64,000 bases of DNA from Betaproteobacteria bacterium. Lineage in GTDB: Bacteria; Pseudomonadota; Gammaproteobacteria; Burkholderiales; JACQAP01. The notes beneath the pieces were generated by a model that did no database searches, was not told the DNA's origin, and was given only the letters and a program-made list of their open reading frames with translations. The stretch is taken from positions 2,671-66,670 of the forward strand of contig JACQAP010000013.1 of NCBI GenBank assembly GCA_016194905.1. Reading direction: 5' to 3'. Position numbers and translations under genes: made by a program. Positions 42,657 through 52,566 of the stretch are shown one piece after another. Position 1 is the first letter of the stretch, and the number at the start of each line of letters is the position of its first letter.

Positions 42657-44383
42657 ACTTCCTCCCTAACAACAGGCGCGGAATCGGGAGAAATCACGTT
42701 GTCGAGCGCGGCGTCCGGCTCGATGCCCAGGAGTCGCAACGCACCTGCCATGACGGTGCTGAATACCGGAGCGGCAACCTCGCCCCCGTAGTAGGACTTG
42801 CCACCGGGCTCGTCCAACATGACCGCAATGACCAAGCGCGGATTGGATGCCGGAGCAAATCCGACGAACGAAGAAATATAACGATCGGACGCATAGGTCA
42901 CGCCTACGAGCTTGTGTGCGGTGCCGGTCTTCCCGGCGACCCGAAAACCGGCCACTTGCGCCCGTGTGGCGGTACCTCCCGGCTGGGTCACCATTTCGAG
43001 CATCTTGCGCACGGTCATCGCGGTGCGCGGCGAGATCACGGCTTTGCCTTCGACCGGCTGATCGCGCTTCACCAAGGTAAGCGGTTTGAGTTTGCCGTCG
43101 GTAGCGAATACCGAATAGGCCCTCGCCAACTGCAGGAGACTGACCGAAATGCCATGGCCATACGACATGGTTGCCTGTTCGATAGGCTTCCAGGTTTGGT
43201 ACGCACGCAGCCGACCCGAAGCTTCTCCGGGAAACCCCACTTTCGTCTGCGTGCCGAACCCGACATCGGAAAGAATGGTCCACAGCTTCTGTGGGGCCAT
43301 TGCCAGCGCCATCTTCGCCGAGCCGACGTTCGACGACTTCTGGATCACCTGCGCGACGGTGAGCAATCCCCCCGGATGCGCGTCATGTATGGTTCGGTTG
43401 CCAATAGTGTAATGGCCACCCTCCGTATCAATCATGCTTCCAGGGCCGACCAGCCCGGATTCGAGTGCCGCAGCCACCGTGAACGGCTTCAATGTGGAAC
43501 CCGGCTCAAACAGATCGACCACGGCGCGATTGCGTGAACGTCCAACCTTTAACGTATCGCGGTTGTTCGGGTTGTAGGTTGGCCAGTTAGCCAGCGCCAG
43601 CACTTCGCCGGTATTCACGTCAAGTACTACCAGGCTTCCAGCCTTGGCTTCGTTCAGCGCAATTGCGCTCTTGAGTTCCCGGAATGCCAGATATTGAATG
43701 CGCTGATCGATCGACAGCGTCAGTTCCCGGCCTTGCTGTGGCGCGCGAATGCTTTCGATGTCTTCGACCACGTGGCCAAGCCGATCCTTGATCACGCGAC
43801 GGCTGCCCGCCTTGCCCGTCAACCAGTCCTGATAAGCGAGTTCGATGCCTTCCTGCCCATTATCGTCCACGCCGGTGACGCCCACCACGTGCGCGGTCAC
43901 TTCGGCTGCCGGGTAATAGCGCCGATATTCGCGCTGAAGAAAAACTCCGGGAAGGTTCAACTGCACGACTTTCGCTGCCTGCTCGGGTGGCAACTGCCTC
44001 TTCAAATAGACGAACTCGCGCTCTGACTCGGCAAGCTTTTTTTTCAATTCCGTCGCATCGATGCCGAGCAGTCGGGTCAACTTCTCGCGTTGCTCAACAT
44101 TCAGGTCGGCGTCCGCCGGTGCCGCCCATACCGATTCCACCGGTGTGCTCAATGCAAGCGGTTCGCCGTTTCGGTCGGTCACCATCCCGCGGTGGGCCGA
44201 AATTTCGATTACGCGCGCATAGCGCGTCTCGCCCTTCTGCTGGAGAAAGTCGTTGTGCAGGCCCTGCAGATAAAGAGCCCGCGCCGCCAATACCAGGAAC
44301 CCGAAAAACACCAGCAGCAAAAGCAGTCGCGCCCGCCACACGGGCAGGCGCACCGACAGCGCTGGATTAAGGGAGGGATTCAT
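42653..44383 (-). CDS. ftsI: Peptidoglycan D,D-transpeptidase FtsI (PBP3)
   Basis: The 576-aa ORF has an N-terminal TM anchor and the transpeptidase motifs STLKP (SxxK), SSN and KTGT. Confidence 0.95.
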   Translation of the reverse strand: MNPSLNPALSVRLPVWRARLLLLLVFFGFLVLAARALYLQGLHNDFLQQKGETRYARVIEISAHRGMVTDRNGEPLALSTPVESVWAAPADADLNVEQREKLTRLLGIDATELKKKLAESEREFVYLKRQLPPEQAAKVVQLNLPGVFLQREYRRYYPAAEVTAHVVGVTGVDDNGQEGIELAYQDWLTGKAGSRRVIKDRLGHVVEDIESIRAPQQGRELTLSIDQRIQYLAFRELKSAIALNEAKAGSLVVLDVNTGEVLALANWPTYNPNNRDTLKVGRSRNRAVVDLFEPGSTLKPFTVAAALESGLVGPGSMIDTEGGHYTIGNRTIHDAHPGGLLTVAQVIQKSSNVGSAKMALAMAPQKLWTILSDVGFGTQTKVGFPGEASGRLRAYQTWKPIEQATMSYGHGISVSLLQLARAYSVFATDGKLKPLTLVKRDQPVEGKAVISPRTAMTVRKMLEMVTQPGGTATRAQVAGFRVAGKTGTAHKLVGVTYASDRYISSFVGFAPASNPRLVIAVMLDEPGGKSYYGGEVAAPVFSTVMAGALRLLGIEPDAALDNVISPDSAPVVREEV

Positions 44384-44661
44384 GGCTTGGCCGGCGCGGG
44401 AGGGGGAGGAACCAGATGCACGCGTGTGGCCGGCGGAACACGCATTTGCAAATTATTAGCTGCGATTTTCTCTACCCGGGAATGCATCGCCCATGTGCTT
44501 TGTTCAAGCTGCAGCTGTCCGTATTCAACTTCGATCTGCCTGGCCTGATCCTGCTCCTTCTGCAATTCGACGAACAGCTTCCTTGCCTTGTGCTGCGAGG
44601 TGACCAAGGCCAATGCGCACAGCACCAGAATTCCGGCCAGCACCACATTAAGCCTGATCAT
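44380..44661 (-). CDS. ftsL: Cell division protein FtsL
   Basis: The 93-aa bitopic protein has a TM segment and a coiled coil, and lies between rsmH and ftsI with ATGA overlaps on both sides. Confidence 0.85.
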   Translation of the reverse strand: MIRLNVVLAGILVLCALALVTSQHKARKLFVELQKEQDQARQIEVEYGQLQLEQSTWAMHSRVEKIAANNLQMRVPPATRVHLVPPPPAPAKP

Positions 44662-45611
44662 CCCGCGACTCTTTCAGCTACTCGCATCACCGCACTGCGT
44701 GCGCGGGGGTTCGCCGCCACTTCATCGGCAGTCGGATAGATCGGCTTGCCGGTCAATTTCATTCGCGGCTTCGGCAACTCGGCCGCCCGCACCGGCAAGC
44801 GGGCGGGCAGCGCACCGGGCTGCGCCTGCGTGCGCATGAAATGCTTGACGATGCGGTCTTCGAGAGAATGAAAGCTGATCACGACCAATCGCCCTCCCTC
44901 ATTGAGCATTTCCAGGCATTGCGGCAACGCTATCTCCAACTCTTCAAGCTCCTGATTGACGTGAATCCGTATAGCTTGGAAGGTGCGCGTCGCCGGGTCC
45001 TGATGTGGCTCGCGCGTGGGAACGGCTTTTGCCACGATCTGGGCAAGTTGCCGTGCGCGGTCGACAGGCCCGCTCGATCGAGCCGCAACAATCGCTCTTG
45101 CAATCTGTTTAGCAAACCGTTCTTCGCCATGGCGCCTGATGACCTCCCCGATTTCCTGTTCCGAAGCTTGCGCAAGCCACTCGGCCGCCGTTTTCCCGTG
45201 GCCGGGATCCATCCGCATGTCGAGCGGTCCGTCGAAGCGGAAACTGAAGCCTCTGGCTGCCGAATCGAACTGGGGCGAAGAAACGCCAAGATCGAGCAAC
45301 ACGCCATCCACTCCCGCCACGCCCGCCTCTATCACAACCCGTCCAATCCGGCCGAATTCCATCTGGACTGCGACCAGCCGCGGATCAGATATCGTCGCTG
45401 CGGACTCGAGCGCTTCGGGGTCGCGGTCAATTGCGATCAACTTTCCCGAACTGCCCAGCCGCGCCAGAATCGCGCGGCTATGTCCGCCACGGCCAAAAGT
45501 CGCATCCACATACGTTCCATCGGCCTTGATGCGCAATGCTTCGACGGCTTCGTTGAGCAGCACGGTCTTGTGCAAGCCCGCGTCGTCTCGCGCGGGCGAA
45601 CTGGAGGTCAC
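44658..45611 (-). CDS. rsmH: 16S rRNA (cytosine1402-N4)-methyltransferase RsmH
   Basis: The ORF has [13 protein letters not shown]...[16 protein letters not shown] and [10 protein letters not shown] infer a GTG start at 45611 overlapping the mraZ stop (GTGA), giving 317 aa; the 413-aa ORF-track form runs through mraZ. Confidence 0.9.
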   Translation of the reverse strand: MTSSSPARDDAGLHKTVLLNEAVEALRIKADGTYVDATFGRGGHSRAILARLGSSGKLIAIDRDPEALESAATISDPRLVAVQMEFGRIGRVVIEAGVAGVDGVLLDLGVSSPQFDSAARGFSFRFDGPLDMRMDPGHGKTAAEWLAQASEQEIGEVIRRHGEERFAKQIARAIVAARSSGPVDRARQLAQIVAKAVPTREPHQDPATRTFQAIRIHVNQELEELEIALPQCLEMLNEGGRLVVISFHSLEDRIVKHFMRTQAQPGALPARLPVRAAELPKPRMKLTGKPIYPTADEVAANPRARSAVMRVAERVAG

Positions 45612-46051
45612 AAGGCAAAGTTCTCCATTCCCGGTGGCAGTTTGTCGGAGCTTGTCGACAACCGATCGAGCTGTTTCTCCCAGGCTTCCTGGCTCCAGAT
45701 TTCGAAATGGCTTCCTTGGCCAACCATCATTACTTCCTTCTCGAAGGAGGCGAATTTGCGCAATTCGGGAGAGATCAGCAGTCGCCCCGAGGCATCGAGT
45801 TCCACCTCTTCCGCAAAGCCGACGAGCAGTCGTTTCCACAAGCTGGTTTGCGCATCGAAACTCGAGAAGCTCATGATCCTGGCGCGGATCGGCTCCCAAG
45901 CTGGGGCCGGATACAACAGAATGCAGCGGTGAGGATGAGCTGTAAGCACTTGCTTACCCGCTGCCCCTGACTGCATGGCGTCTCGATGCCGGGTGGGGAT
46001 CGCTAGCCGGCCCTTGGCATCAAGATTAAGCGCTGTCGCTCCCTGAAACAT
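45608..46051 (-). CDS. mraZ: Transcriptional regulator MraZ
   Basis: The 147-aa product starts [24 protein letters not shown] and has a second SpoVT/AbrB-like repeat ([13 protein letters not shown]). Confidence 0.93.
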   Translation of the reverse strand: MFQGATALNLDAKGRLAIPTRHRDAMQSGAAGKQVLTAHPHRCILLYPAPAWEPIRARIMSFSSFDAQTSLWKRLLVGFAEEVELDASGRLLISPELRKFASFEKEVMMVGQGSHFEIWSQEAWEKQLDRLSTSSDKLPPGMENFAL

Positions 46052-46077
46052 TTCTTATTCGCCGGAAGTGTTGGAAT

Positions 46078-46140
46078 TTCCATGCTTTCCCACTTAAACC
46101 TACTTTTCCCCACTCTAGTAGAAAAAAAATGGAAGGTCAA
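46078..46140 (-). promoter_or_regulatory. Candidate dcw (mraZ) promoter with phased MraZ-box-like repeats
   Basis: On the minus strand, TTGACC (46140-46135) is followed by a 17-nt spacer and TAGAGT (46117-46112). Hexamers GTGGGG (46113-46108), GTGGGA (46093-46088) and ATGGAA (46083-46078) then sit on a 10-bp register. Confidence 0.45.
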
Positions 46141-46307
46141 GCTGCACCAGCACTTTTTTCAGTTGCGACAAAGACTTACGAGTGACTCCGGAGAAATGCG
46201 CGCTGTACAATTTATTATCGTTATTTTTTAATGGGATAAAAGATTTTATTAATTTTAATTCTAGAACTAAAAGATGGGAGACGTCGCGCCGCGAGTTTCC
46301 CGATGGG

Positions 46308-46773
46308 AAGAGAGAAGCTGGCCTGTAAGCCGGGTTCTGTCGAATACCTTGCGGCATTCCGGCAGTCATTCATCTGGGCCGGCAGTTACCTGCCGGCTCA
46401 AGCAACCTACCCGGGGACAGCGCGAGCCGCGCTATTGCCCCCCTATTTGGTCTTGCTCCGGATGGGGTTTGCCATGCCGCTTCTGTTACCAGAAGCGCGG
46501 TGGGCTCTTACCCGGACGGTCTTGCGACCGTCCGCGCCCCTTGCGGGACACGCACCGTTTCACCATCGCCTGATCCGACGCCCTTCTCGCTACGAGAGCG
46601 AGACTTTGCGGCCTCGCGGCCGCGAAGTCGGGCGGCGGCCATCGGCAGACTATTCTCTGTGGCACTTTCCATCGCCTCGCGGCGTCCGGTCGTTAACCGG
46701 CATCCTGCTCTGCGGAGCCCGGACTTTCCTCTGTACAAGCGAGTTGCACAGCGACTGCCCGGCCAGCTTCTCC
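46308..46773 (-). ncRNA. rnpB: RNase P RNA, bacterial type A (M1 RNA), unusually long
   Basis: The minus strand contains GAGAAGCUGGCC...GAGGAAAGUCCGGGCUCC...GCCGAUGGCC...GGUAAGAGC...GGUAACAG...CCGGAGCAAG.CCAAAUAGGGG...GGGUAGGUUGCUUGAGCC...AGAUGAAUGACUGCC...ACAGAACCCGGCUUACAGGCCAGCUUCUC. This is collinear with E. coli M1 RNA, and the P1 stem closes GAGAAGCUGGCC/GGCCAGCUUCUC. A TAGAAT -10-like hexamer sits 4-5 nt upstream of the 5' end (46783-46778). The ends are approximate (+/- 5 nt). Confidence 0.9.
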
Positions 46774-46924
46774 GCGTATTCTACGCGTTGCATCGTCTGC
46801 TTCCGTGAATTCGAGTTGCTGATAGCCCCCAATCGGGCGGCGACAGCAAATGTCTTGCATGTTGATGCGCAGGACATTCATCGCCGTGCGGAACAGAACT
46901 AGACGGTTCAGATTGTGAATCACA

Positions 46925-46952
46925 ATAAAAAAGAGGGGCTCCTCGCCCCTCT
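46925..46952 (-). terminator. Rho-independent terminator of hupB
   Basis: On the minus strand, GAGGGGC-GAGGA-GCCCCTC is followed by TTTTTTATT, about 25 nt after the hupB stop. Confidence 0.65.
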
Positions 46953-46975
46953 ACATTTTCCCAGACCCCTGAATT

Positions 46976-47257
46976 TCATTTTCTGCCGTTAACAGCAGCC
47001 TTCAGTTTGGCGCCGGCGGCGAACTTCGCGGTCTTCGCCGCGGGGATCTTGATTGCTGCGCCGGTTTGCGGATTGCGCCCTGAACGCGCCGCCCGCTTGC
47101 CCTGAGAAAATGTCCCGAAACCGACCAACGTCACGTTCTCCCCCTTTTTTAGCGACCCGGTCACCGCATCGATAAATGCATCAATCATGATGTCGGCCAT
47201 GGCTTTACTGCCACCCGCTTTTTTTGCAATGGCATCGACGAGTTCTGCTTTATTCAT
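46976..47257 (-). CDS. hupB: Nucleoid-associated DNA-binding protein HU
   Basis: The 93-aa product starts MNKAELVDAIAKKAG and contains GFGTFSQGKRAARSGRNPQTGAAIKIPA, with AGGGGGA upstream of the ATG. Confidence 0.92.
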   Translation of the reverse strand: MNKAELVDAIAKKAGGSKAMADIMIDAFIDAVTGSLKKGENVTLVGFGTFSQGKRAARSGRNPQTGAAIKIPAAKTAKFAAGAKLKAAVNGRK

Positions 47258-47697
47258 TTATCCCCCTGTCATCTAAACGAACGGTAACCGAATATAGAAA
47301 TCCGGCCACCCCTCCGGTCTACGCGATGAATCGTACGGGACAGGCTGACGCAGCATTGCACCGCGCAGTACCACAGCCATACGATATCTCACGCGATCCC
47401 CCGATGCTCCCACACCTCCCCGAGCCATTATCCATGACTCGAGTGGCGCACCATAGCCTCAAATGCGACTCCGGGCGAAGCTGAATTACGAAGTCAGTTT
47501 CTTTCTGCGAACCTCGAGTTCAACCCGATTTTCAGTTGTGCAAATATCTTGACGAAAACACTCGGATTTCCGGCTTCAGTGCAATGCACCAAATTGCCGT
47601 CGGAGGAAGTCGGATAAATCTGACACCCGTCGCTTTTGATCGGGATGCCCGATCCGTCGCGGGAGAAATATCGATGTTGCGCTTTTGTGCTCGCCTT

Positions 47698-48729
47698 CTA
47701 TTCGATCGTCCACGCAACCGTGGACCCGCCTCGCAGCGGGACCAGAGTGTCAGCGCCGTAGGAAATTTCTTCGGGTACCGACCAGGCGCTCCTGACAAGG
47801 GTAATTTTCTGACTCTTTCGCGCAAGACCGTAGAAATCGGCGCCGTGATAGCTGGCAAATCCCTCGAGCTTGTCCAGACTCCCGGCGGCATCGAACGCTT
47901 CGGCGTAAAGCTCGATGCCCGCATGCGCGGTGTAAATGCCCGCACAACCACAGGCGGTTTCCTTGGTGTGGCGTGCGTGGGGCGCACTGTCGGTCCCCAG
48001 GAAGAATTTTGGATTGCCGGAGGTAGCGGCCTTGACCAACGCCAGCCTGTGTTCTTCGCGTTTCAGGATCGGCAGGCAGTAATAATGCGGGCGAATTCCT
48101 CCGCGGAAGAGTTCGTTTCGGTTCAGTAGAAGATGATGCGCCGTAATCGTCGCCGCCACGTTGTCCGGTGCACTGAGCACGAACTTAACCGCATTGGCCG
48201 TCGTGATGTGCTCCATTACGATCCGGAGCCTCGGCAACTGCTGAACCAGGGCAATCATTGTCCGCTCGATGAAGACTTTCTCGCGATCAAAGACATCGAC
48301 CTGTGCATCGGTGACTTCGCCATGAACCAGCAGAGGGATTCCCGTTTCTGCCATGGCTTCAAGCGTATCGACGCATTTTCGGATATCGGTTACACCGGAA
48401 TCGGAATTTGTTGTCGCCCCTGCAGGGTAGTACTTCACCGCACTTACAATGCCGCTCGCCTTGGCCTTGTGTATTTCTGCGGGCTTTGTGTTATCGGTGA
48501 GGTAAAGCGTCATCAACGGCTCGAAATCACTGCCGGGCGGCAAGGCCGAGAGTATGCGTTCGCGATACGCCGCAGCAGCCGCAACCGTCGTCACCGGTGG
48601 CCTCAGGTTGGGCATGACGATTGCGCGGGCAAAGCGCCGCGCAGAATCCGCGAGCACCGACTTCAGCGCTTCGCCGTCACGCAGGTGAAGGTGCCAATCG
48701 TCCGGCCTGCTCAGGGTTACGCGGTCCAT
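47698..48729 (-). CDS. pyrC: Dihydroorotase (homodimeric class II)
   Basis: The 343-aa ORF has [26 protein letters not shown] and LGTDSAPH. Confidence 0.93.
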   Translation of the reverse strand: MDRVTLSRPDDWHLHLRDGEALKSVLADSARRFARAIVMPNLRPPVTTVAAAAAYRERILSALPPGSDFEPLMTLYLTDNTKPAEIHKAKASGIVSAVKYYPAGATTNSDSGVTDIRKCVDTLEAMAETGIPLLVHGEVTDAQVDVFDREKVFIERTMIALVQQLPRLRIVMEHITTANAVKFVLSAPDNVAATITAHHLLLNRNELFRGGIRPHYYCLPILKREEHRLALVKAATSGNPKFFLGTDSAPHARHTKETACGCAGIYTAHAGIELYAEAFDAAGSLDKLEGFASYHGADFYGLARKSQKITLVRSAWSVPEEISYGADTLVPLRGGSTVAWTIE

Positions 48730-48766
48730 GTGAATACGCGCTCTGAAAAAAAATATTCTTCGCCGA

Positions 48767-49648
48767 TCATTTCTTTTCGTCGCTGCTTTCTTTTTTCAGT
48801 TTCAGCGCTTTTTTGTACAGCGCATTTTTCTTTGTTCCCGTAATTTCGGCCGCAAGCCGGACTGCCTGCTTCAGCGGCAACTCCTGGAGTAGGATTTCAA
48901 GCACGCGCTGTGGGTCGGATTCGCCCTGCGGACCGGCGGCTTCGGGGCAACCTTCCACCAGAAGCACGAATTCTCCGCGCCGATGGTTCTCGCTCCGCTC
49001 CAGCCAGGCCACCGCCTCATCGAGGCGACACACATGCACTTGCTCGAAAAGCTTGGTCAACTCGCGCGCAATGCCGATGCGGCGATCGCCCCCAAACACG
49101 GCGGCGATGCTCGCAATGCACTCGACTATGCGATGCGGAGCCTCGTAGAACACCTGAAGCTCGTACTGCGCCTTCAGCGCGGCCAGCATTCTCTCGCGCT
49201 CACCTTTGCGGGCAGGAAGAAAGCCACGAAAACAGAATGACGCGCACTGCAATCCCGCGGCTGCGATCGCGGTGGTAATCGCACTGGGACCGGGTACCGA
49301 AACCACGCGAAATCCGGCTGCCCGCACCTGAGCGACCACGATTGCGCCCGGGTCGCTGATGGCCGGGGTGCCCGCATCCGATATCAGCGCCACCGATTTT
49401 CCCCGCGACAGCAATGCAACCAGCCGTTTTGCAGCATCGCGTTCATTGTGCTCATGTGCCGGAATCAGGTCCGCCTGTATTCCAAAGTGCGCCAGCAACT
49501 TCCTCGAGACCCGAGTGTCCTCTGCGGCAATCGCGTCCACCGACTTGAGCGTATCGAGAGCGCGCAAAGTGATGTCGCGAAGATTTCCGATCGGGGTGGC
49601 CACCACATATAATGTCGGTTCGGCCACTTCCGTGCTTTCGCTATGCAA
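48767..49648 (-). CDS. rsmI: 16S rRNA (cytidine1402-2'-O)-methyltransferase RsmI
   Basis: The ORF has [36 protein letters not shown] and YEAPHR. The start is uncertain (TTG 49648 or GTG 49627). Confidence 0.9.
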   Translation of the reverse strand: MHSESTEVAEPTLYVVATPIGNLRDITLRALDTLKSVDAIAAEDTRVSRKLLAHFGIQADLIPAHEHNERDAAKRLVALLSRGKSVALISDAGTPAISDPGAIVVAQVRAAGFRVVSVPGPSAITTAIAAAGLQCASFCFRGFLPARKGERERMLAALKAQYELQVFYEAPHRIVECIASIAAVFGGDRRIGIARELTKLFEQVHVCRLDEAVAWLERSENHRRGEFVLLVEGCPEAAGPQGESDPQRVLEILLQELPLKQAVRLAAEITGTKKNALYKKALKLKKESSDEKK

Positions 49649-50743
49649 CTTCGCCCGGCCTTTTCTTCGTTGGTGTGGTCATTACTATACTGGGCGCTCC
49701 TCGCCTTATCCACCAGCTTCGCGGCCACCGAGGACACCGGCGACAAAATTGCGGTCGCCGAACCGCATATCGCAGTGATTCTTCCGTTGCAGTCCAATTC
49801 CTACAGCAAACATGCCGATTCCGTACGACTGGGCATTCTGGCTGCGGCGGGAAATGCCCAGCCAGGCAGCCTGAAGGTCAAAGTTTATGCGACCAGCGAA
49901 GATCCCCCGCAGATACTCGCCGCGTATCAGCGCGCTACGTCGCTAGGGGCTCGTGCCGTTATAGGCCCCTTGACTCGGAATGGCGTGACGTCGCTTGCCC
50001 AAAGCGGCATCGTGAGCGTGCCGACGCTCGCGCTGAACATACCTGAGGGAGAAATGTCGCTGCCACGCGACCTCTATGTGTACGGGCTGCAAGTCGAAGC
50101 CGAAACTCGGCAGATGGCGCAGTTCGCATTACGCCACGGCGGTACAAAAGCCTTCGTGATTGTGGGCGACACGTCTCTGGGCGGGCGCATAGCACAAGCA
50201 TTCTCGGAGGAATGGAAAAAGCTGGGTGCGGAAGTGACCGGACAGTTCACCTATACGACCGATTCGGCATCCGTCGCCAAGTTACGCGAGCAGGTTGCGA
50301 ATTCGAGAGCGGACATCGTGTTCATGTCGCTCGATGCTGCGCGCGCGCGGTTCATACGCTCCTATCTCGGGGCATCCACCCCGATCTATGCAACTTCGAT
50401 GGTATTTACGTCCAATGCGGACGCACTTGCAAATTACGATCTGGACGGCGTGCGCTTCCTCGACATGCCGTGGCTGCTGCAGCCGGATCATCCCGCGGTC
50501 ATAAGCTATATGCGCCCGGACGCGCAGCGCCCGGGGCTTGACCAGGAGCGTTTTTATGCGCTGGGAATCGATGCCTACCGCCTTGTCCAGGAATTGCTGC
50601 GTCCTTACGAAACCATGGAGCCGCTGGACGGCGTAACCGGAACGATCACCCTGAACAATGTCCATCAGTTCGTCCGTGCGTTGGTGCCCGCGCAGTTTTC
50701 CCAAGGCAGCGCCAAGGCGCTGGAAGGGTCGCAGGCCCGATGA
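49643..50743 (+). CDS. LpoA/LppC-like penicillin-binding-protein activator (short form)
   Basis: The 366-aa ORF has a signal peptide and a periplasmic-binding-protein-like fold. The position is divergent from rsmI and upstream of yraN, equivalent to E. coli yraM/lpoA. Confidence 0.7.
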   Translation: MQLRPAFSSLVWSLLYWALLALSTSFAATEDTGDKIAVAEPHIAVILPLQSNSYSKHADSVRLGILAAAGNAQPGSLKVKVYATSEDPPQILAAYQRATSLGARAVIGPLTRNGVTSLAQSGIVSVPTLALNIPEGEMSLPRDLYVYGLQVEAETRQMAQFALRHGGTKAFVIVGDTSLGGRIAQAFSEEWKKLGAEVTGQFTYTTDSASVAKLREQVANSRADIVFMSLDAARARFIRSYLGASTPIYATSMVFTSNADALANYDLDGVRFLDMPWLLQPDHPAVISYMRPDAQRPGLDQERFYALGIDAYRLVQELLRPYETMEPLDGVTGTITLNNVHQFVRALVPAQFSQGSAKALEGSQAR

Positions 50744-51081
50744 GCGAACGCGGCGCAATGGCCGAGGAGGCAGCCGCGGACTTTCTCACCGGACGCGGGC
50801 TCCGGTTGCTGGAGCGAAACTACCGTTGCCGCTTCGGTGAGATTGATCTGATCATGGGTGACGGGCGCACGCTTGTTTTTGTCGAAGTGCGCTATCGACG
50901 CAACAAATCCTTTGGTGGCGCGGTCGAAAGCATAACCAGCGCCAAGCGCGAAAAACTATTGCGCGCGGCCCGGCACTACATGGCTGCCAGAAGAGAGTTT
51001 CCGGCGTGCCGCTTCGACGCCGTGTTGCTTAACGGCGACACAGAAGAACTCGAATGGATCGAAAACGCATTCGGCGAATAA
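50740..51081 (+). CDS. yraN: YraN family (UPF0102) endonuclease-like protein
   Basis: The 113-aa ORF has GEIDLIM...LVFVEVRYRR. Its ATG overlaps the upstream stop (ATGA). Confidence 0.85.
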   Translation: MSERGAMAEEAAADFLTGRGLRLLERNYRCRFGEIDLIMGDGRTLVFVEVRYRRNKSFGGAVESITSAKREKLLRAARHYMAARREFPACRFDAVLLNGDTEELEWIENAFGE

Positions 51082-51741
<660 letters not shown>

Positions 51742-52317
51742 ATGAAATCGACTATTCGTCTCGTCGCGGTACTCGTTGCCCTTGTCCCTTCGCTTCAATC
51801 GTGCATTCCGTTGCTGGTCGGTGCCGGTGTGGGCGCCGGCGTCATGATGGCCGAGGACCGGCGCACGAGTGGCACAGTCCTGGAAGACCAGACCATTGAA
51901 ATCAAAGCCAGGAATCGCATCTCGGAAAAGTATGGTGAGCAGGTCAACATCAGCGCTACCAGCTTCAACCGCTTTGTGCTGTTGACTGGCCAAGCCCCAA
52001 CCGACGAGATCAAGCAGGATGTGTCTGTCCTCGTCCTCGAGGTACCGAACGTGCGGAATGTTCAGAACGAAATCATCGTCGGCGGCATCAGCTCGACAAC
52101 TTCCCGCGCCGGCGACGTACTGCTGACAAGCCAGGTCAAGGGTCGGCTTGCACAAAACAAGGACGTTGGCGCCACCCATGTCAAGGTCGTCTCGGAAAAC
52201 GGCGCGGTATTCCTCATGGGCTTGGTGACGCGCGCGGAAGCCGAATCGGCGTCGCAAACTGCTGCGACGACGAGCGGAGCACAGCGCGTCGTCAAGGTAT
52301 TCGAGTATCTCGACTGA
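51742..52317 (+). CDS. dolP: Dual-BON-domain outer-membrane lipoprotein (DolP/YraP-like)
   Basis: The 191-aa ORF has a lipobox (LQSC) and two BON repeats (...VNISATSFNRFVLLTGQ and VKVVSENGAVFLMGLV). Confidence 0.85.
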   Translation: MKSTIRLVAVLVALVPSLQSCIPLLVGAGVGAGVMMAEDRRTSGTVLEDQTIEIKARNRISEKYGEQVNISATSFNRFVLLTGQAPTDEIKQDVSVLVLEVPNVRNVQNEIIVGGISSTTSRAGDVLLTSQVKGRLAQNKDVGATHVKVVSENGAVFLMGLVTRAEAESASQTAATTSGAQRVVKVFEYLD

Positions 52318-52335
52318 TTGACGAAGCGCTGCCGT

Positions 52336-52361
52336 GAAAAAACCTCTGTTGGGGTTTTTTC
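52336..52361 (+). terminator. Possible terminator after dolP
   Basis: GAAAAAACC-TCTGTT-GGGGTTTTTTC is an AT-rich stem that merges into a T-run. Confidence 0.35.
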
Positions 52362-52566
52362 ATTTCTGATGCGCCCGGGTTCGTGGAAACCCATAGAAGG
52401 TGTTCAGACGGTCGTCAGCTTCGAACAGATGGTGGATCTGGTCGAACAGTGGCCGGCACCGAACGCCTGAGAGTAGTTAAACTCCGAAAATTAAGGGGGA
52501 TTATTAAACGCGTCCACGCTGGCCGCCGCATAGGCTCCGCGCACGGCGCATCTGCGCGCCTGTATC

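Noticed and set aside
46274-46923. Five overlapping 75-199-aa ORFs on both strands between mraZ and hupB.
   Set aside because: The region is occupied by RNase P RNA, with all conserved type-A sequence blocks present. The ORFs are artefacts of a structured GC-rich RNA gene.
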